Assembly (NCBI GenBank): GCA_976226885.1
Contig: OZ320317.1
Location: forward strand, 59,644,001 to 59,708,000
From: Iphione sp. A-MEVVRFRX5
Taxonomy: Eukaryota
Length of the DNA: 64,000 nt
Direction of reading: 5' to 3'
Shown here: one piece after another, positions 63,457 through 64,000 of the stretch
How positions within the stretch are numbered: position 1 is the stretch's first letter
Layout: the number at the start of each line of letters is the position of its first letter
Notes under the pieces: generated by a model
The model's input: only the letters and a program-made list of their open reading frames with translations
What the model was told of the DNA's origin: nothing
The model's database searches: none
Translations under genes and position numbers: made by a program

Positions 63457-63500
63457 GTTGCCCAGGCAACCCGGCGGCCATGTTGGAATATGGCGTGCCG
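63457..63500. promoter_or_regulatory. X-box with adjacent YY1-like sites
   Basis: GTTGCCCAGGCAAC (63457-63470) followed by CGGCCATGTT and AATATGGCG. Confidence 0.5.
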
Positions 63501-64000
63501 GCTGTCAGCTAACATTTGTTGGGCCGAGCTTGTTGTAAAGGCCAATAACGGATATGAAGGCGTGCTCATAATTGTCGGCATAGTTCAAGCACAGAGATGT
63601 CTTTGCAGATAGAGGATTACATGTCATAGCTGTTTTGGGATTTCTTGTATGTCCTAAATTTGCAAACTGGGGAAAAGATGGTAAAGCATCCTACAAGCCC
63701 AGCAGAAAACGAGGTTCCTGGCAATGCGAAATATTGCTATCGATAAAATATAGTCAATGGAAAGAATCCATTATCACGACGCGGTGATTTGAAGGAAATG
63801 TAATGAATACATGTACTTGGTATCAAGGGATTCAAGGGTCTTCGACGAATAAGACTCAAACATAACGTTCTTCTTTACTCAAACGTAAAGAAGAACGTTC
63901 CCAAAGCGTTTTGCGAAAAGGTATAAGTAAACGATGTGTATGGACATGGCCTGAACAACAAGTAGTGTGCTGGCAGCGAGGCGCTCAGCTAGGGTATATC

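Noticed and set aside
1-64000. CRISPR arrays, rRNA genes, conserved miRNA mature sequences and prokaryotic operons
   Set aside because: No regularly spaced direct repeats, rRNA signature or remembered miRNA sequence was seen; the DNA is eukaryotic with spliceosomal introns. Most short ORFs in the supplied track are chance or microsatellite-derived.

Overview
Eukaryotic, intron-rich DNA, very probably amphioxus (Branchiostoma). The basis is inference from the abundant ACATGTACATGT motifs, undepleted CpG, a Deu-type SINE and a DIRS relic. The only well-supported gene is a minus-strand polycystin-1-family (PKD1-like) gene. Seven exons (22682 down to 414) splice in frame through canonical GT-AG sites into about 380 aa of GAIN domain, ending in the GPS motif, and the gene runs off the left edge of the window. 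One intron is about 14.2 kb and contains an assembly gap, promoter/enhancer-like islands, a candidate antisense nested mini-gene, and one of two inverted tRNA-derived SINE copies that flank a single 101-nt exon. The remaining ~40 kb is mostly non-coding: GC-rich regulatory-looking islands, five near-consensus RFX X-boxes across the window (one beside a triple forkhead site), a candidate first coding exon with an APxx repeat (43475-43671), a CAG-repeat leader with a 229-codon ATG-less open frame, several MITEs, microsatellites, a decayed DIRS retrotransposon (ORF1 plus start of RT) and an unidentified decayed coding-like segment (56380-57420). No rRNA, intact tRNA or CRISPR array was found. No database searches were run; all family calls rest on motif recognition.
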